Assembly (NCBI GenBank): GCA_035501175.1
Contig: DATJWQ010000054.1
Span: 70,984-134,983 of the forward strand
Reading direction: 5' to 3'
DNA: 64,000 nucleotides
Source: Verrucomicrobiia bacterium
GTDB taxonomy: Bacteria > Verrucomicrobiota > Verrucomicrobiia > Palsa-1439
A program made the translations under genes and the position numbers. This document shows positions 19,992-30,013 of this stretch, one piece after another (the stretch's first letter is position 1; every line of letters begins with the position of its first letter). The notes under the pieces were generated by a model, which ran no database searches, was not told where the DNA came from, and saw nothing but the letters and a program-made list of their open reading frames with translations.

Positions 19992-20266
19992 TGTCCGTTT
20001 CTAAACGATGCCCGCCGAAAACACAAGTGCCGAGAAGTGGGGTACACTCGTTCCAAATCCATCCGACTTCCCCCCGGCCAAAAGACCATGTCCCCACGCT
20101 ACCTCGACCCTCCCCAGCCCCTCCCGCCCATCCCGCAAGATCGGCTGGGGACGGATCACCCCCGTCACCGCCCAGCGCCGCTGCGGCGGAAACGCGACCA
20201 CCATCTTCTTATTATTGTGGAAACAAACGCGCATCAGGCGCATCTTAACCATGTAGGGAGGATTCC

Positions 20267-20524
20267 ATGGCGAGCAGCTTGAACGCACACGGCTCGATCA
20301 GATTCACGGCATCGGATGGCAAGGAATACGAGATTCGCCATACCGCCGATACCCGTCTGGTCAAATTGCGCGTCTTCCGCGACAATCTGCCCGTCAATCG
20401 TTTCTGCTATACCACGACCTTCGAGACCGCCGACGAATTCGCCTTCGCCACCGGCGGCAACGTCGTCAACGAGCTGATCCGCAAAGCCAAGCAGGACCTC
20501 GAACGCGACATCGCCCTGAACTGA
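20267..20524 (+). CDS. hypothetical small protein
   Basis: 85-aa ORF with strong RBS GGAGG 8 nt upstream of ATG 20267. Confidence 0.5.
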   Translation: MASSLNAHGSIRFTASDGKEYEIRHTADTRLVKLRVFRDNLPVNRFCYTTTFETADEFAFATGGNVVNELIRKAKQDLERDIALN

Positions 20525-20573
20525 ACCGGCCGTCGACCCGTGCCGCGCCCGCGGCGCGCACACCGCGGCCCCG

Positions 20574-20951
20574 TCACCTCAACAGCCGCGGATCGAACGC
20601 AAACGCTTTCGGCTTGCTGAAGACAATCTTCGAGAAATCCCGGTGCACCGGGTTCAATGCGTAGTTCCGTCCCGACGGAATGATCACGCTCGGCACCGCA
20701 AGAATGGCCGACCGCCCGCTCTTCGCCCACGCGTCTCCCAACCGCTTCGTCGCGGGCCCGGGAGGCTCGCACTTCCAATCCCCCGGCAACGCCGTCACCA
20801 CCACCGTCTCCACCATCGCCCTGGCGAACTCGATTCGGATGATGCCAAACCGCAGTCGGCTGCCCGTGCCGATGTGCACCATCGCCTCCAGCCAAAACGA
20901 CGGGAAGACATACGCGATGAGTGGGCAGGGGCGCAGGCGCGAGAGCAGCAC
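20574..20951 (-). pseudogene. RES-domain toxin remnant (C-terminal half only)
   Basis: C-terminus SAILAVPSVIIPSGRNYALNPVHRDF...FDPRL matches the conserved RES C-terminal block; N-terminal Arg/Glu region absent; an in-frame stop lies 15 nt upstream of the GTG start; no Xre/DUF2384-type partner nearby. Confidence 0.45.
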
Positions 20952-21305
20952 GCAAGAAGTAGTCTGCTACGGTGGCTGAGGACGACACGCCTCAATCTGA
21001 CGAAAGCAAAATCATCTCCCCGTTCCGCCGCCAATGCCCGCGAGCAAACGCGTTCAAACTCTGAAGTGCAGCCGAATCCGGACCCCGGAACTTATTGATC
21101 TCGGAACCGGTCGCAGTAGCAGAATTTGCCTGGTACTGTTCTCCACCACATTCGTAAGGCGCGCGGAATGAACGATCTCCAACGCTGGCACCCGCATTGC
21201 TGGGAATCTATTCGGCACGGAGGAGCCGGAAGTCGATGCATCCGCATCCGATGAAAGAGTGGATGAACGACCGCAGTGAATGCATAGCAACCGAAAGGAA
21301 AGCAC

Positions 21306-21680
21306 ATGAGTGTGTCCGCTGTAAATTCCGCAACGAATTCCTATTTGAATTCCATGCAGAGCGCTTACAACCAGCAGGCGCAAAACTTCAAGACCTTGTG
21401 GAGCGCCATCCAGTCCGGGAATCTATCGGGTGCTCAGAAGGCGCTGGCCGCATTTCAACAGAGTATTCAGACCACCTCCGATGCGCCACTGTCCACCGCC
21501 GTTTCGGATCCAAACAGCCAAGCCAGCAATAATCTTCGATCGTTGATGACCGCCCTGCAATCGAACGATCGGATTGGCGCCCAAAGCGCATTCACGACAT
21601 TGCGGCAGACCTTGAACGCTCTATTCCAGCAGCGCAGTAACGGCGCCGCGGACACGAGCAGTTCGAGCAGCGTCGACTGA
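21306..21680 (+). CDS. hypothetical Gln/Ser/Ala-rich protein
   Basis: 124-aa ORF with no signal peptide; visibly lower GC than its flanks. Confidence 0.4.
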   Translation: MSVSAVNSATNSYLNSMQSAYNQQAQNFKTLWSAIQSGNLSGAQKALAAFQQSIQTTSDAPLSTAVSDPNSQASNNLRSLMTALQSNDRIGAQSAFTTLRQTLNALFQQRSNGAADTSSSSSVD

Positions 21681-22273
21681 GCGGCGCGCGCGCAACCGTT
21701 GCCGCCGGAAGTTGAAAACGCGAGGTTGAGATTGCTGCTTTGAGTTCGTGTCGTTTCCTGACAAGGCTCAGCTCGTAATCGGCGCACGGCTCCGACGTCC
21801 CAGGTCCCGCTCCCGCCCGTTTTCCTGTCGTTCCGCACGCCCAACGAATCCCTTCGACCCGCAACATGCGCCCTTGATTCATCCCATTCTGGGTGCAGAT
21901 GCCGCCATCTAGCCGATGGGATGCGAGAAATCCTGCCGCCGGTCACGGCCTGCCTCCTCCGCATTACCGCATTGGGATCAGCCGTTCGAAGCACTCGAAT
22001 TTCTTCTGGTGAGTGCGAGTAGTTATGGATCACGCGGTCGTTGAATCTGGTCGCAAGCGCCGTCTTCAGTTCCTCACCGCCAGGCATGGCTTGGACTGTT
22101 AGCGGCAAGAGTGTTGCATCGTTGAACACCAGCAGGAGAACGGAGCCCCGTTGCGCCAGTATGCAGTTCGTCGGCAAACCCTTCCCCCGGCCCGTCTCGT
22201 ACCGCCGTTATCCGCCTTGCAGCCAACCGGCAGCAGTGATACAAGCATGAGTCGGAACCAGTCTGAACCGTAG

Positions 22274-23005
22274 GTGACGATGAAACGACTGAGCCTCACT
22301 GTGGCGGTGGCAATCGCCGGCCCGCTTCTGCCGGTGCTGTTGTCTGGTTGCCGAGCCCAAAATCATCAAGAGGCGTATACATGGCCGGATGGGGCGAAAT
22401 TCGTCGGTGAAATGAAGGATGGTGTGCCCGATGGCCAGGGGACGCTCACGCTGTCGGATGGAACGTTGTACGTCGGGATCATTAAGAACAATCAATTAAA
22501 CGGCCATGGCTGGTACAAGTCACCCTCCGGCGATGAGTACGTTGGCGATTTCAAGGATTTCAAGCGGGACGGCCGCGGTACCTACACATCGACAAATGGC
22601 CAGACGTATGTCGGTGATTTCAAAGATGACAAACGGGCTGGCCGGGGGATGCTCTCATGGCCCGACGGCCAGACGTATATCGGGGATTTCAAGTATGACC
22701 AGTTTGACGGCCACGGGGTGTTGAAAGGTGCGGACGGGTCAAAGTACGTCGGCGAATTCAAATATGGCAAGTATGACGGCCAGGGGACATTGACCTATCC
22801 CGATGGCAGGAAGTACGTCGGCGAGTTTCGGTTCGGCGGACCCTATGACCAGGGGACAGAAACATGGCCCGACGGTCGCCAGTACACCGGTCAGTTCAAA
22901 GATGGCCGACTCGACGGCCGCGGCAAAATGACCTACCCGGATGGCAGGATCGAAGACGGGCTCTGGACGGACGGCAAATTCCTGGGTGCCGAGAAGTCGC
23001 CGTAG
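22274..23005 (+). CDS. MORN-repeat lipoprotein
   Basis: lipobox LLSGC; about 8 tandem MORN units (YVGEFKDGKxDGxGT). Confidence 0.8.
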   Translation: MTMKRLSLTVAVAIAGPLLPVLLSGCRAQNHQEAYTWPDGAKFVGEMKDGVPDGQGTLTLSDGTLYVGIIKNNQLNGHGWYKSPSGDEYVGDFKDFKRDGRGTYTSTNGQTYVGDFKDDKRAGRGMLSWPDGQTYIGDFKYDQFDGHGVLKGADGSKYVGEFKYGKYDGQGTLTYPDGRKYVGEFRFGGPYDQGTETWPDGRQYTGQFKDGRLDGRGKMTYPDGRIEDGLWTDGKFLGAEKSP

Positions 23006-23306
23006 CCTGCTCGCCCGCCTCCCGCCGCCACCCTACGACTTTATCCTATCCGACATTCCTCCGGTTTCCCCGTTGTCTCGATGACGTAATCGGTCTAGTC
23101 TCCCTGCAAGTTCGGGAACCGCGCGGGCCAGCAGTATTCGGACTCGCAGACCCGACCCGCGGCGCAACCTTCGGTCGAATCAAGTGTTTGAACCATGGTT
23201 GCGAGCGTCAAACAGTGGTCGCTGCCGGAAGATTGCCCGCCCGCAGTGGCCAAACTAACACGGGCATACGGGAGGGTTCACCCTGGATCGTGGGTGACAG
23301 GAGAAC

Positions 23307-23936
23307 ATGAAGAAGCCAATCGCATATCTGTCCGCCATTATCGCAGTTGCCGTCGTCGTATTCCCCGGTGCCGCGCGCGCCGGCACCAGCGACGTGTATC
23401 GATTGTCCATGTCGTTTACGGGCATATTTCAGGGCACGAATAACCTGAGCCGGGCCCGGCAGATTCAATACGCGCGCTTCTTTGCCGGTGACATCGTCAA
23501 CCTGGCATTGGGGCAGCCGTTTAACAGCCCCGTTCCCACGAATGAAGTGCTCGCCTATGTCGATGGCGGCAGCACGAATTCGATCATCGTCTACGACAGG
23601 AATTCCGGCAGCAACCTCGTGACCGTGGCCGATGTGACATCGCGCGGCAGCGTCTCTCAGCCCGGGCTCCAGGATTTCGTCTGGAACATCCGCCTGGTCA
23701 ACCTGGGCGACGCCACCAACGGCTTCGGGAGGGGGACGAACACCTTTAGTGGCGGGTTCTTGCAGGCCGAAGGCACGAAGCTCTCCCGAGGCGCCAGGTT
23801 CCAGGTCCTCGCGCACATCGATGGGGCCGTCAACGCCGACAGCGATGGCAGCGGCTTCCACGTGCTCGTTCCGACCGGCAATCTCACGTTCGGCACGCCG
23901 GCGATTGGCACGATCGTCACCGCGCCGGCGCCGTAA
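23307..23936 (+). CDS. hypothetical secreted protein
   Basis: RBS AGGAG; N-terminal signal peptide (AVVVFPGAARAGTS). Confidence 0.6.
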   Translation: MKKPIAYLSAIIAVAVVVFPGAARAGTSDVYRLSMSFTGIFQGTNNLSRARQIQYARFFAGDIVNLALGQPFNSPVPTNEVLAYVDGGSTNSIIVYDRNSGSNLVTVADVTSRGSVSQPGLQDFVWNIRLVNLGDATNGFGRGTNTFSGGFLQAEGTKLSRGARFQVLAHIDGAVNADSDGSGFHVLVPTGNLTFGTPAIGTIVTAPAP

Positions 23937-24149
23937 TCTTGCGGCCATATTGTTCCGGCGAACCGGGCGGGGATGGAAATGCTCCGCCCGGTTTGTCGTT
24001 GGCGGTCGGCGGACCGTGCCCTCGGGCTGTCCCCGGCGGTTTTGATGTGTCGCCCTCCCGCGGCATGGCGTGATACTTTGTCACGACCAGTGTCGAATCT
24101 AAGCGGGATGAGGAATTCGGAACGAACCGGTCACGGCGGCGGTCTCACA

Positions 24150-26786
24150 ATGCCGTTGGATACGGTTGGTCTCGCCGATTTGTCGCGCGTGGGCGGCAAG
24201 GCGGCCCACCTCGGAATCCTGATCGCCGCCGGAGTCCACGTCCCCCCCGGTTTTGTCGTTACCACACGCGCCTTCAAACGATTCATGCAGTCCGATGCGC
24301 GGATCACGAAGTGGCTGACAAAACTGAGCGCGTGTGATGCGGAAGATCTCGCCGCCCTGCGCACAGCCGCGCACGAATTGAGAACGCAGATGGACTCGAT
24401 TGTCGTGCCAAACGACGTGGCCGAGGCCATCGCGGCGGCCATATCGCTCGCACCGGCTCAGGCGTGGGCCGTTCGCTCCAGCGGGACAGTGGAAGATTCG
24501 CCAGACGCATCCTTCGCCGGCCAGCACGATTCCTTTCTCAATGTCCGCGGCACCGAGGCGATTGTGGCCGCCGTAAAGCGTTGCTGGTTGTCGTTGTTCT
24601 CCGACCGGGCCATTTCGTATCGGAACCGAAAGGGCATCGCCCCCGATCACGCCCAGATGGCCGTCATCGTGCAGCGACTCATTGATGCTGACGCGGCTGG
24701 CGTGATGTTTACCGCCAATCCGGCGGCGGACAATTCTGATTCGATTCTCGTCGAGGCCGCGTTTGGCCTGGGCGAAGCGTTGGTTCAGGGCAAGGTCGCG
24801 CCGGACCGTATCGAGGTGTCGCGGTCGAGCCTGCGAGTGGCCCGGCCGGAGGCGGGAACAGTAATCGCCCGGGTGTTGGATGACGACGTTGTCGTTCGGT
24901 TGGCGCGGCTCGGCCTCGAAACGGAACGAATCCTCGGTTGCCCGTTGGATATCGAGTGGTGCGTGCGCGCCGGCGAAATCTGGCTGTTGCAGGCGCGGGC
25001 CGTGACGGCGCGACGACACCCGCGAGAAGCGAGCTTCGAAGATCGTCAGGTGTGGACGAACGCCAATACGGGCGAGGTGTTGCCGGATGTCGTGACGCCG
25101 ATGACGTGGTCGCTAATCCGGGTATTTGGACACGACCTGTTCGATACGTGGCTGCGCGCGTGCGGCGTGCGGATTGAGCAGGATCAGTTGTTTGGACTCG
25201 TGGCCGGCCGCGCCTACTTCAATTTCAACACCATCTGCGCGCTGGGGCGGCGTCTGCCGGGATTGCGAACTCAGACCTTGGAGAGTCTGTTGGGTGGTCA
25301 TCAAGATGCCCTGGTGGCATTGCAGCGGATCAAACTGTCGGACGCCGACCTGCCCTTGATCGAGATAAGCCGCTGGCGGACAGTTCTGAGGGCGCCTCCC
25401 ATCGTGCTGGGTTTTCTTCTCCATTCATCGCGGGCGAGCCACGCCGCGGTGGAAAATCTCCAACGGGAGAACGAGCATCTGGCTGGCATGGAACCGTCGC
25501 AACTTTCCGACGACGATCTTGTGGCGGCGATTGGCACGACGTTTATGCCCGGGAAGCTGCTCGAATTGGGAGCCGTCGACGCCCTCGGTTTCGCCACGGT
25601 GGATTACGGTGTGTTCTTCGGCGTGTGCGGGCGCTGGTTCGGGTCGGACGGGCAGGGCATCGCGAACCGGTTGCTGGCCGGTGTGGGCGAGATGGAGGAC
25701 GTGGTGGCCGGGCACGACCTGTGGCGTCTCGCGGAACGGGCGGCGGGTGAACCGGAGATCAGGAGCGCGCTACTGGCAGAGCGGACGTTCCCGGGGTTCG
25801 CCGCGCGTCTCGCGGATTGCCGGGGCGGCAGCGCGTTCCTCGCGCAATGGAACGCGTTCATGCGGCGGCATGGGCATCATACGCGCGGGGAAATCGAGTT
25901 GTTCAATCCGCGCTGGTCGGAGTGTCCGGAGTTCGTTCTCAATATGGTGCGCGGCTACGTCGAAGGCATCGATGACGGACGCGACGGCCCGATTGCGCGG
26001 CACGAGGCCTTGGCGGAGGAACGCCTCGCTCTTGAAAGGAAATGTCTCGGTACATTGAGGAATCCGGTAAAACGCGCCTTGTTCCGCGTGTGCCTTCGTC
26101 GAGCGCAACAAGGCGGCCGGACCCGCGAGAATCTCAAGAGCGAGATGATCCGCTGGCTTTCGTTCCTGCGCTGTCTTCTGCTCGAGTTCGGCCGGCGCCT
26201 GGTGGTACGCGGGCGTCTGGCGGAGGCGACCGACGTCTTTTTCCTGGAGATCCGGGAGTTCCAGGACGGTTCGGTGTCCGAACCGGCGAGAGATCTGCGC
26301 GCGCTCGTGGCGACGCGTCGAACGGAGTACGAGCGGAATCGAGAACTCAGTCCTCCCGCCGTGATCGTCGGGCGGTTTGATGAGCGCAAGCACGTGCCCG
26401 AGCCGGTGGATCGCGCGAAGAACGTGTTTCACGGTCTCGGCGTCAGCGCGGGAAAAGTGCGCGGGCGCGCCCGGGTGATTCTGCGGTCGGACGCCGGGGA
26501 ACGGCTGCAGCCGGGCGAGATTCTCGTGGCCCCGTTCACCGATCCGGGCTGGACCCTCTACTTTGCCGCCGCGGCGGGCATCGTGATGGACCTCGGCGGC
26601 CTGTTGAGCCATGGCAGCATCGTCGCGCGCGAGTACGGTATCCCGGCGGTCGTGAACGTTGGCGCGGCAACGCAAATCATTCAGACCGGCCAATGGCTCG
26701 AAGTCGACGCCGACCGCGGCGTGGTGACGGTGCTCGACCAGCCCGATGCATTCGCTGTCCAGGTGGACGCGTTTGTGAAGCAGTGA
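24150..26786 (+). CDS. PEP-utilizing enzyme family phosphotransferase (PEP synthase-like / rifampin phosphotransferase-like architecture)
   Basis: N-terminal PEP/pyruvate-binding ATP-grasp region (VGGKAAHLGIL...VPPGFVVTTRAF) and C-terminal phosphohistidine swivel domain (ILVAPFTDPGWTLYFAAAAGIVMDLGGLLSHGSIVAREYGIPAVVNVG); ATG 24150 chosen over the ORF-track start 23973. Confidence 0.75.
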   Translation: MPLDTVGLADLSRVGGKAAHLGILIAAGVHVPPGFVVTTRAFKRFMQSDARITKWLTKLSACDAEDLAALRTAAHELRTQMDSIVVPNDVAEAIAAAISLAPAQAWAVRSSGTVEDSPDASFAGQHDSFLNVRGTEAIVAAVKRCWLSLFSDRAISYRNRKGIAPDHAQMAVIVQRLIDADAAGVMFTANPAADNSDSILVEAAFGLGEALVQGKVAPDRIEVSRSSLRVARPEAGTVIARVLDDDVVVRLARLGLETERILGCPLDIEWCVRAGEIWLLQARAVTARRHPREASFEDRQVWTNANTGEVLPDVVTPMTWSLIRVFGHDLFDTWLRACGVRIEQDQLFGLVAGRAYFNFNTICALGRRLPGLRTQTLESLLGGHQDALVALQRIKLSDADLPLIEISRWRTVLRAPPIVLGFLLHSSRASHAAVENLQRENEHLAGMEPSQLSDDDLVAAIGTTFMPGKLLELGAVDALGFATVDYGVFFGVCGRWFGSDGQGIANRLLAGVGEMEDVVAGHDLWRLAERAAGEPEIRSALLAERTFPGFAARLADCRGGSAFLAQWNAFMRRHGHHTRGEIELFNPRWSECPEFVLNMVRGYVEGIDDGRDGPIARHEALAEERLALERKCLGTLRNPVKRALFRVCLRRAQQGGRTRENLKSEMIRWLSFLRCLLLEFGRRLVVRGRLAEATDVFFLEIREFQDGSVSEPARDLRALVATRRTEYERNRELSPPAVIVGRFDERKHVPEPVDRAKNVFHGLGVSAGKVRGRARVILRSDAGERLQPGEILVAPFTDPGWTLYFAAAAGIVMDLGGLLSHGSIVAREYGIPAVVNVGAATQIIQTGQWLEVDADRGVVTVLDQPDAFAVQVDAFVKQ

Positions 26787-26811
26787 CCCTGCGGCAAAGT
26801 TCAGCGCAGGG
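26787..26811. terminator. candidate bidirectional hairpin between convergent genes
   Basis: ccctgcg-(11 nt)-cgcaggg 7-bp GC stem directly after the stop of the + gene and about 40 nt past the - gene; no T-tract. Confidence 0.25.
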
Positions 26812-26850
26812 GGAGTCCCCATACTCGAAAACCGCTGGGCTTGCAGGATG

Positions 26851-27903
26851 TTACCCGAGCCAATCGGGGCGATAAAAGGTGCCGTCGAACTTGTGCGAAG
26901 TTTTGAAGGGCTCGTACTTGCCGGTGCTGGCGGCCTCGGCGGTCTTGGCGAGCACGGCGGAGACCTCGTCGGCGGTCATGGGCCGGAAACTGCGGGCGGC
27001 ATCGATGGCTTGTTGGAGAATGGTCATCGAATCACACCCGGTGATGACGGTGCTGGTCGGCAGATTCATCGCGTAGTGGAGACACTCGACGGCGGTGACC
27101 GTGTTGCTTTCCAGGGCGGCGCCGAAACACATCGATTTCATCCCGAGCACGCCGATCTGCTGCTGGACGAGCACGGGCAGCACCTTCTTCTCGAAACTCT
27201 GGAAATGTGCGTCCATGACGCTGAGCGGCATCTGGACGGTATCGAAGTGGAAATTGTGGGCGGCAGCCGTCCCGATCATGTTGAGATGGATGTCGGGACT
27301 CTTGTGGCCGGTGAACCCGATGAATCGCGTCTTGCCCGCCTTCTTCGCGTCGAGGAGCGCTTCGATCGCACCGCCCGGGGCGAACACACGGTCGGCGTCG
27401 TCGGGACGACCGATCTCGTGGATCTGGATGAGATCGACGTGATCGACCTGGAGTCGCTGGAGGGATTCGTCGAATTGGGCGGCGGCTGCCTTGCGGGTGC
27501 GGCCGTCGATCTTGGTCATCAGAAACGCGCGGTCGCGGTAGCCGTCGCGCAGCGCCTTGCCCATGCGCAGCTCGCAATCGCCGGCGTGATAGTCCCAGGA
27601 ATTGTCGAGGAAGTTGATGCCATTATCGAGCGCGGTGCGAATGATGCGAATGCTGTCCGCTTCGTTGGGTCGGCCAAGATGTGCGCCGCCGAGTCCGACG
27701 ATGGAGACCTCGACGCCAGTGCGGCCGAGTTTGCGTCGCGGGATTTCGGTCTTCGAGTCGGCCGTGGCGAAGGCGAACCCGCCCGTCGCGATGGCGGCGG
27801 CGGTCGCCGCGGCGGTTTTCAGAAATTCCCGGCGTGTGATGTCGTCGGGCCGCTGGTGGACGGAATGTGGACCGGGATTCGCGGCTGGGTCTGTCGTTTT
27901 CAT
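26851..27903 (-). CDS. aldo/keto reductase, Tat-exported
   Basis: ATG 27903; twin-arginine signal TRREFLKTAAATAAAIA; AKR fold; only the C-terminal 350 aa of the 888-aa track ORF are real. Confidence 0.8.
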   Translation of the reverse strand: MKTTDPAANPGPHSVHQRPDDITRREFLKTAAATAAAIATGGFAFATADSKTEIPRRKLGRTGVEVSIVGLGGAHLGRPNEADSIRIIRTALDNGINFLDNSWDYHAGDCELRMGKALRDGYRDRAFLMTKIDGRTRKAAAAQFDESLQRLQVDHVDLIQIHEIGRPDDADRVFAPGGAIEALLDAKKAGKTRFIGFTGHKSPDIHLNMIGTAAAHNFHFDTVQMPLSVMDAHFQSFEKKVLPVLVQQQIGVLGMKSMCFGAALESNTVTAVECLHYAMNLPTSTVITGCDSMTILQQAIDAARSFRPMTADEVSAVLAKTAEAASTGKYEPFKTSHKFDGTFYRPDWLG

Positions 27904-28113
27904 GACGGGTACTTGCGATCGTACAGACAACGGGATGATGATGCCGCGGATACGCGAGGATTTCAACCCCGGAGAATGGGCGCGCCACAACTTTGTCACC
28001 ATTCTGTAACATTTCCGACATACGCAAGCGTTGACAGTGCCGGCGAAAATCAGGTATTCATGTGCGCGCTGTTGGGATGCGAGGCTGTAGTCGTCGTCGG
28101 AGAAATCTTCTAA

Positions 28114-29613
28114 ATGTACGCTGCCATTGTTGCCCTTTGTCTCGCTGTAGCGATTGTCCTGTATTTTCGCAACAATCCGCTCCATCACAGCCGCCGGTTC
28201 ATGCTGCGGCGGTTCATCAATTGGTTTCCGCTGGGGATGACCTATGCGTTTCTGTACATGGGCCGCTACAACCTGAACGTGGCCAAAAACGCGCTGGGCG
28301 CCGGCATGTCGAAGGAGGATTTCGGCCTGATTTTCGCCGCGGGCACCTGGACGTATGCCCTGTCGTTCCTCGTCAACGGCCCGCTCGTGGACAAGATCGG
28401 CGGCAAACGCGGCATCATCATTGCCGCGCTCGGGTCCTCGGTTGCGAACATCCTCCTCGGCGTGCTGACGTACTTCGTGGTGATGGGCCGTCTGCGCTTC
28501 AACCTGGTCCTGGCGTTCTCCGCCATCTACGCGGTGAACATGTATTTTCAAAGTTACGGCGCGGTGTCGATCATCAAGGTCAAGGCGTACTGGTTCCACG
28601 TCCGCGAGCGCGGGATTTTCGGGGCGATTTTTGGAACGTTTATTTCCGTCGGCGCGTACTTCGCCTTCGATTGGAGCCAGGCGATCGTCGACATGACCAA
28701 AGCCCACCGGGTAGGTCCGCCGGCCTGGGGCGGCGAACTCCTCCGCGGGATGTTTGCCGCCGGGTCGAAGCCCGCCGACGCGACGTGGGCCGTGTTCTTC
28801 ATTCCCGCGATCATTTTGGTGGGTTGGGCGGCGTTGGATTGGTGGCTGATCCGCGACACGCCCGAGGAAGCCAGTCTCCCGGCGTTTGACACCTGCGACG
28901 CATCGTCGGGGCAGATGCACGTCGAGTTTACCGCCATGGATTTGCTGAAGAAGGTCTTCACGAGTCCGTTGCTGTTGATGATTGCCGTGGTCGAGTTGAC
29001 TTCGGGGGTGTTCCGCAACGGCATCACGCAGTGGTACTTCATTTTTGTGAACGAAGTGAAACAGCCCGGCGTCGAGTTCTTCCTCGGCCATTGGGGATTC
29101 CTGATTTGCGTGTTCGGGATCATCGGCGGTTTTGCCGGGGGATTGATCTCCGATCGCTGGTTTCAGTCGCGGCGCGGGCCGCCGGCGGGGTTGTTGTGCG
29201 GCCTCGTGCTGGTGATGGCGGCGCTGATGGCGCGGTCTGTTTTCACATCGCCGGTGGTGACGGCGATCTCGGGCCTGATGATCGTGATGGCGGCGATCGG
29301 GATCACGTCGCTGATGTCGGGCACGGCGGCCACGGATTTTGGTGGGCGGAAAGCGACGGCGACGACGTCCGGGATCGTGGATGGCTTCGCCTATCTCGGC
29401 AGTGGCGTCCAATCGATCAGTCTCGGCTACATCACGACGCACAACTGGCGCTGGTGGCCCCTGTTTCTGATGCCCTTTGCCATTTTGGGCGGGATCATTG
29501 CCGTCCGGATCTGGCACGAGTTGCCCGCGGCCACGCGCCGGTACATCGCCGAAGTCGAGATTGAGGAAGAAGCGCCGGAGCCGGCCGGCGAGAGCGAACT
29601 GGTCCCGCGGTAG
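28114..29613 (+). CDS. MFS transporter, GlpT/UhpC-like organophosphate:phosphate antiporter family
   Basis: about 12 TM segments; N-terminal RYNLNVAK motif; divergent from the AKR gene. Confidence 0.75.
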   Translation: MYAAIVALCLAVAIVLYFRNNPLHHSRRFMLRRFINWFPLGMTYAFLYMGRYNLNVAKNALGAGMSKEDFGLIFAAGTWTYALSFLVNGPLVDKIGGKRGIIIAALGSSVANILLGVLTYFVVMGRLRFNLVLAFSAIYAVNMYFQSYGAVSIIKVKAYWFHVRERGIFGAIFGTFISVGAYFAFDWSQAIVDMTKAHRVGPPAWGGELLRGMFAAGSKPADATWAVFFIPAIILVGWAALDWWLIRDTPEEASLPAFDTCDASSGQMHVEFTAMDLLKKVFTSPLLLMIAVVELTSGVFRNGITQWYFIFVNEVKQPGVEFFLGHWGFLICVFGIIGGFAGGLISDRWFQSRRGPPAGLLCGLVLVMAALMARSVFTSPVVTAISGLMIVMAAIGITSLMSGTAATDFGGRKATATTSGIVDGFAYLGSGVQSISLGYITTHNWRWWPLFLMPFAILGGIIAVRIWHELPAATRRYIAEVEIEEEAPEPAGESELVPR

Positions 29614-29616
29614 CGC

Positions 29617-30012
29617 CTACCGCGGGTTCACATTCACCGTGCCCGTCTCGGTGAACTGGTATTGTTTGGTGTTGAACCCGCTGCAATTCACGTCGTACCG
29701 CAACTGCAGGCTTCCATCCTTCAACGTCGCGAACCCGACATCATTGAACTCCAGCAAATCGCGCGGCAGATTGTTGGCGAGGACGTAGCCGCCGAATTCC
29801 TGGTACGTTTGCGGCCAGCGCCCGGTCGAGGAGCGAAACATTTTGACGGCCGCCGTGAGCAGATTCACTTTTGCACGGGCGTAGGCGGCGACCTCCTGTT
29901 CGTTGCGCTTGTAGTCCTGCTCGGCGGCTTCGTAAGCCTTTTCTCGGGGCGATGACGCGCAGCCGAACAACATCCAGACCGACAGAGCCAGCAGTAAGCG
30001 CCTGGCATTCAC
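29617..30012 (-). CDS. hypothetical lipoprotein
   Basis: lipobox MLFGCASS; 131 aa. Confidence 0.55.
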   Translation of the reverse strand: MNARRLLLALSVWMLFGCASSPREKAYEAAEQDYKRNEQEVAAYARAKVNLLTAAVKMFRSSTGRWPQTYQEFGGYVLANNLPRDLLEFNDVGFATLKDGSLQLRYDVNCSGFNTKQYQFTETGTVNVNPR

Positions 30013-30013
30013 G

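Noticed and set aside
21940-22177. Minus-strand ORF whose first ~70 aa look vaguely protein-like
   Set aside because: No RBS, no recognisable domain, and it merges into antisense of the 21306..21680 gene; insufficient support to call
22380-22980. Tandem DNA repeats
   Set aside because: They encode the MORN units of a single lipoprotein gene. They are not a CRISPR array and not an intergenic repeat. No CRISPR-like direct repeat/spacer structure was found anywhere in the window
23973-24149. Upstream extension of the PEP-utilizing enzyme ORF
   Set aside because: PEP-synthase-like N-terminal homology (MPLDTVGLADLSRVGGKAAHLG) starts at the ATG at 24150; the upstream residues are Arg/Cys-rich with no match
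26851-29517. 888-aa minus-strand ORF, the longest in the region
   Set aside because: Only its C-terminal 350 aa (27903..26851) form a coherent aldo/keto reductase with a Tat signal. The upstream part is antisense to a clearly genuine MFS transporter gene (28114..29613), a typical high-GC artefact
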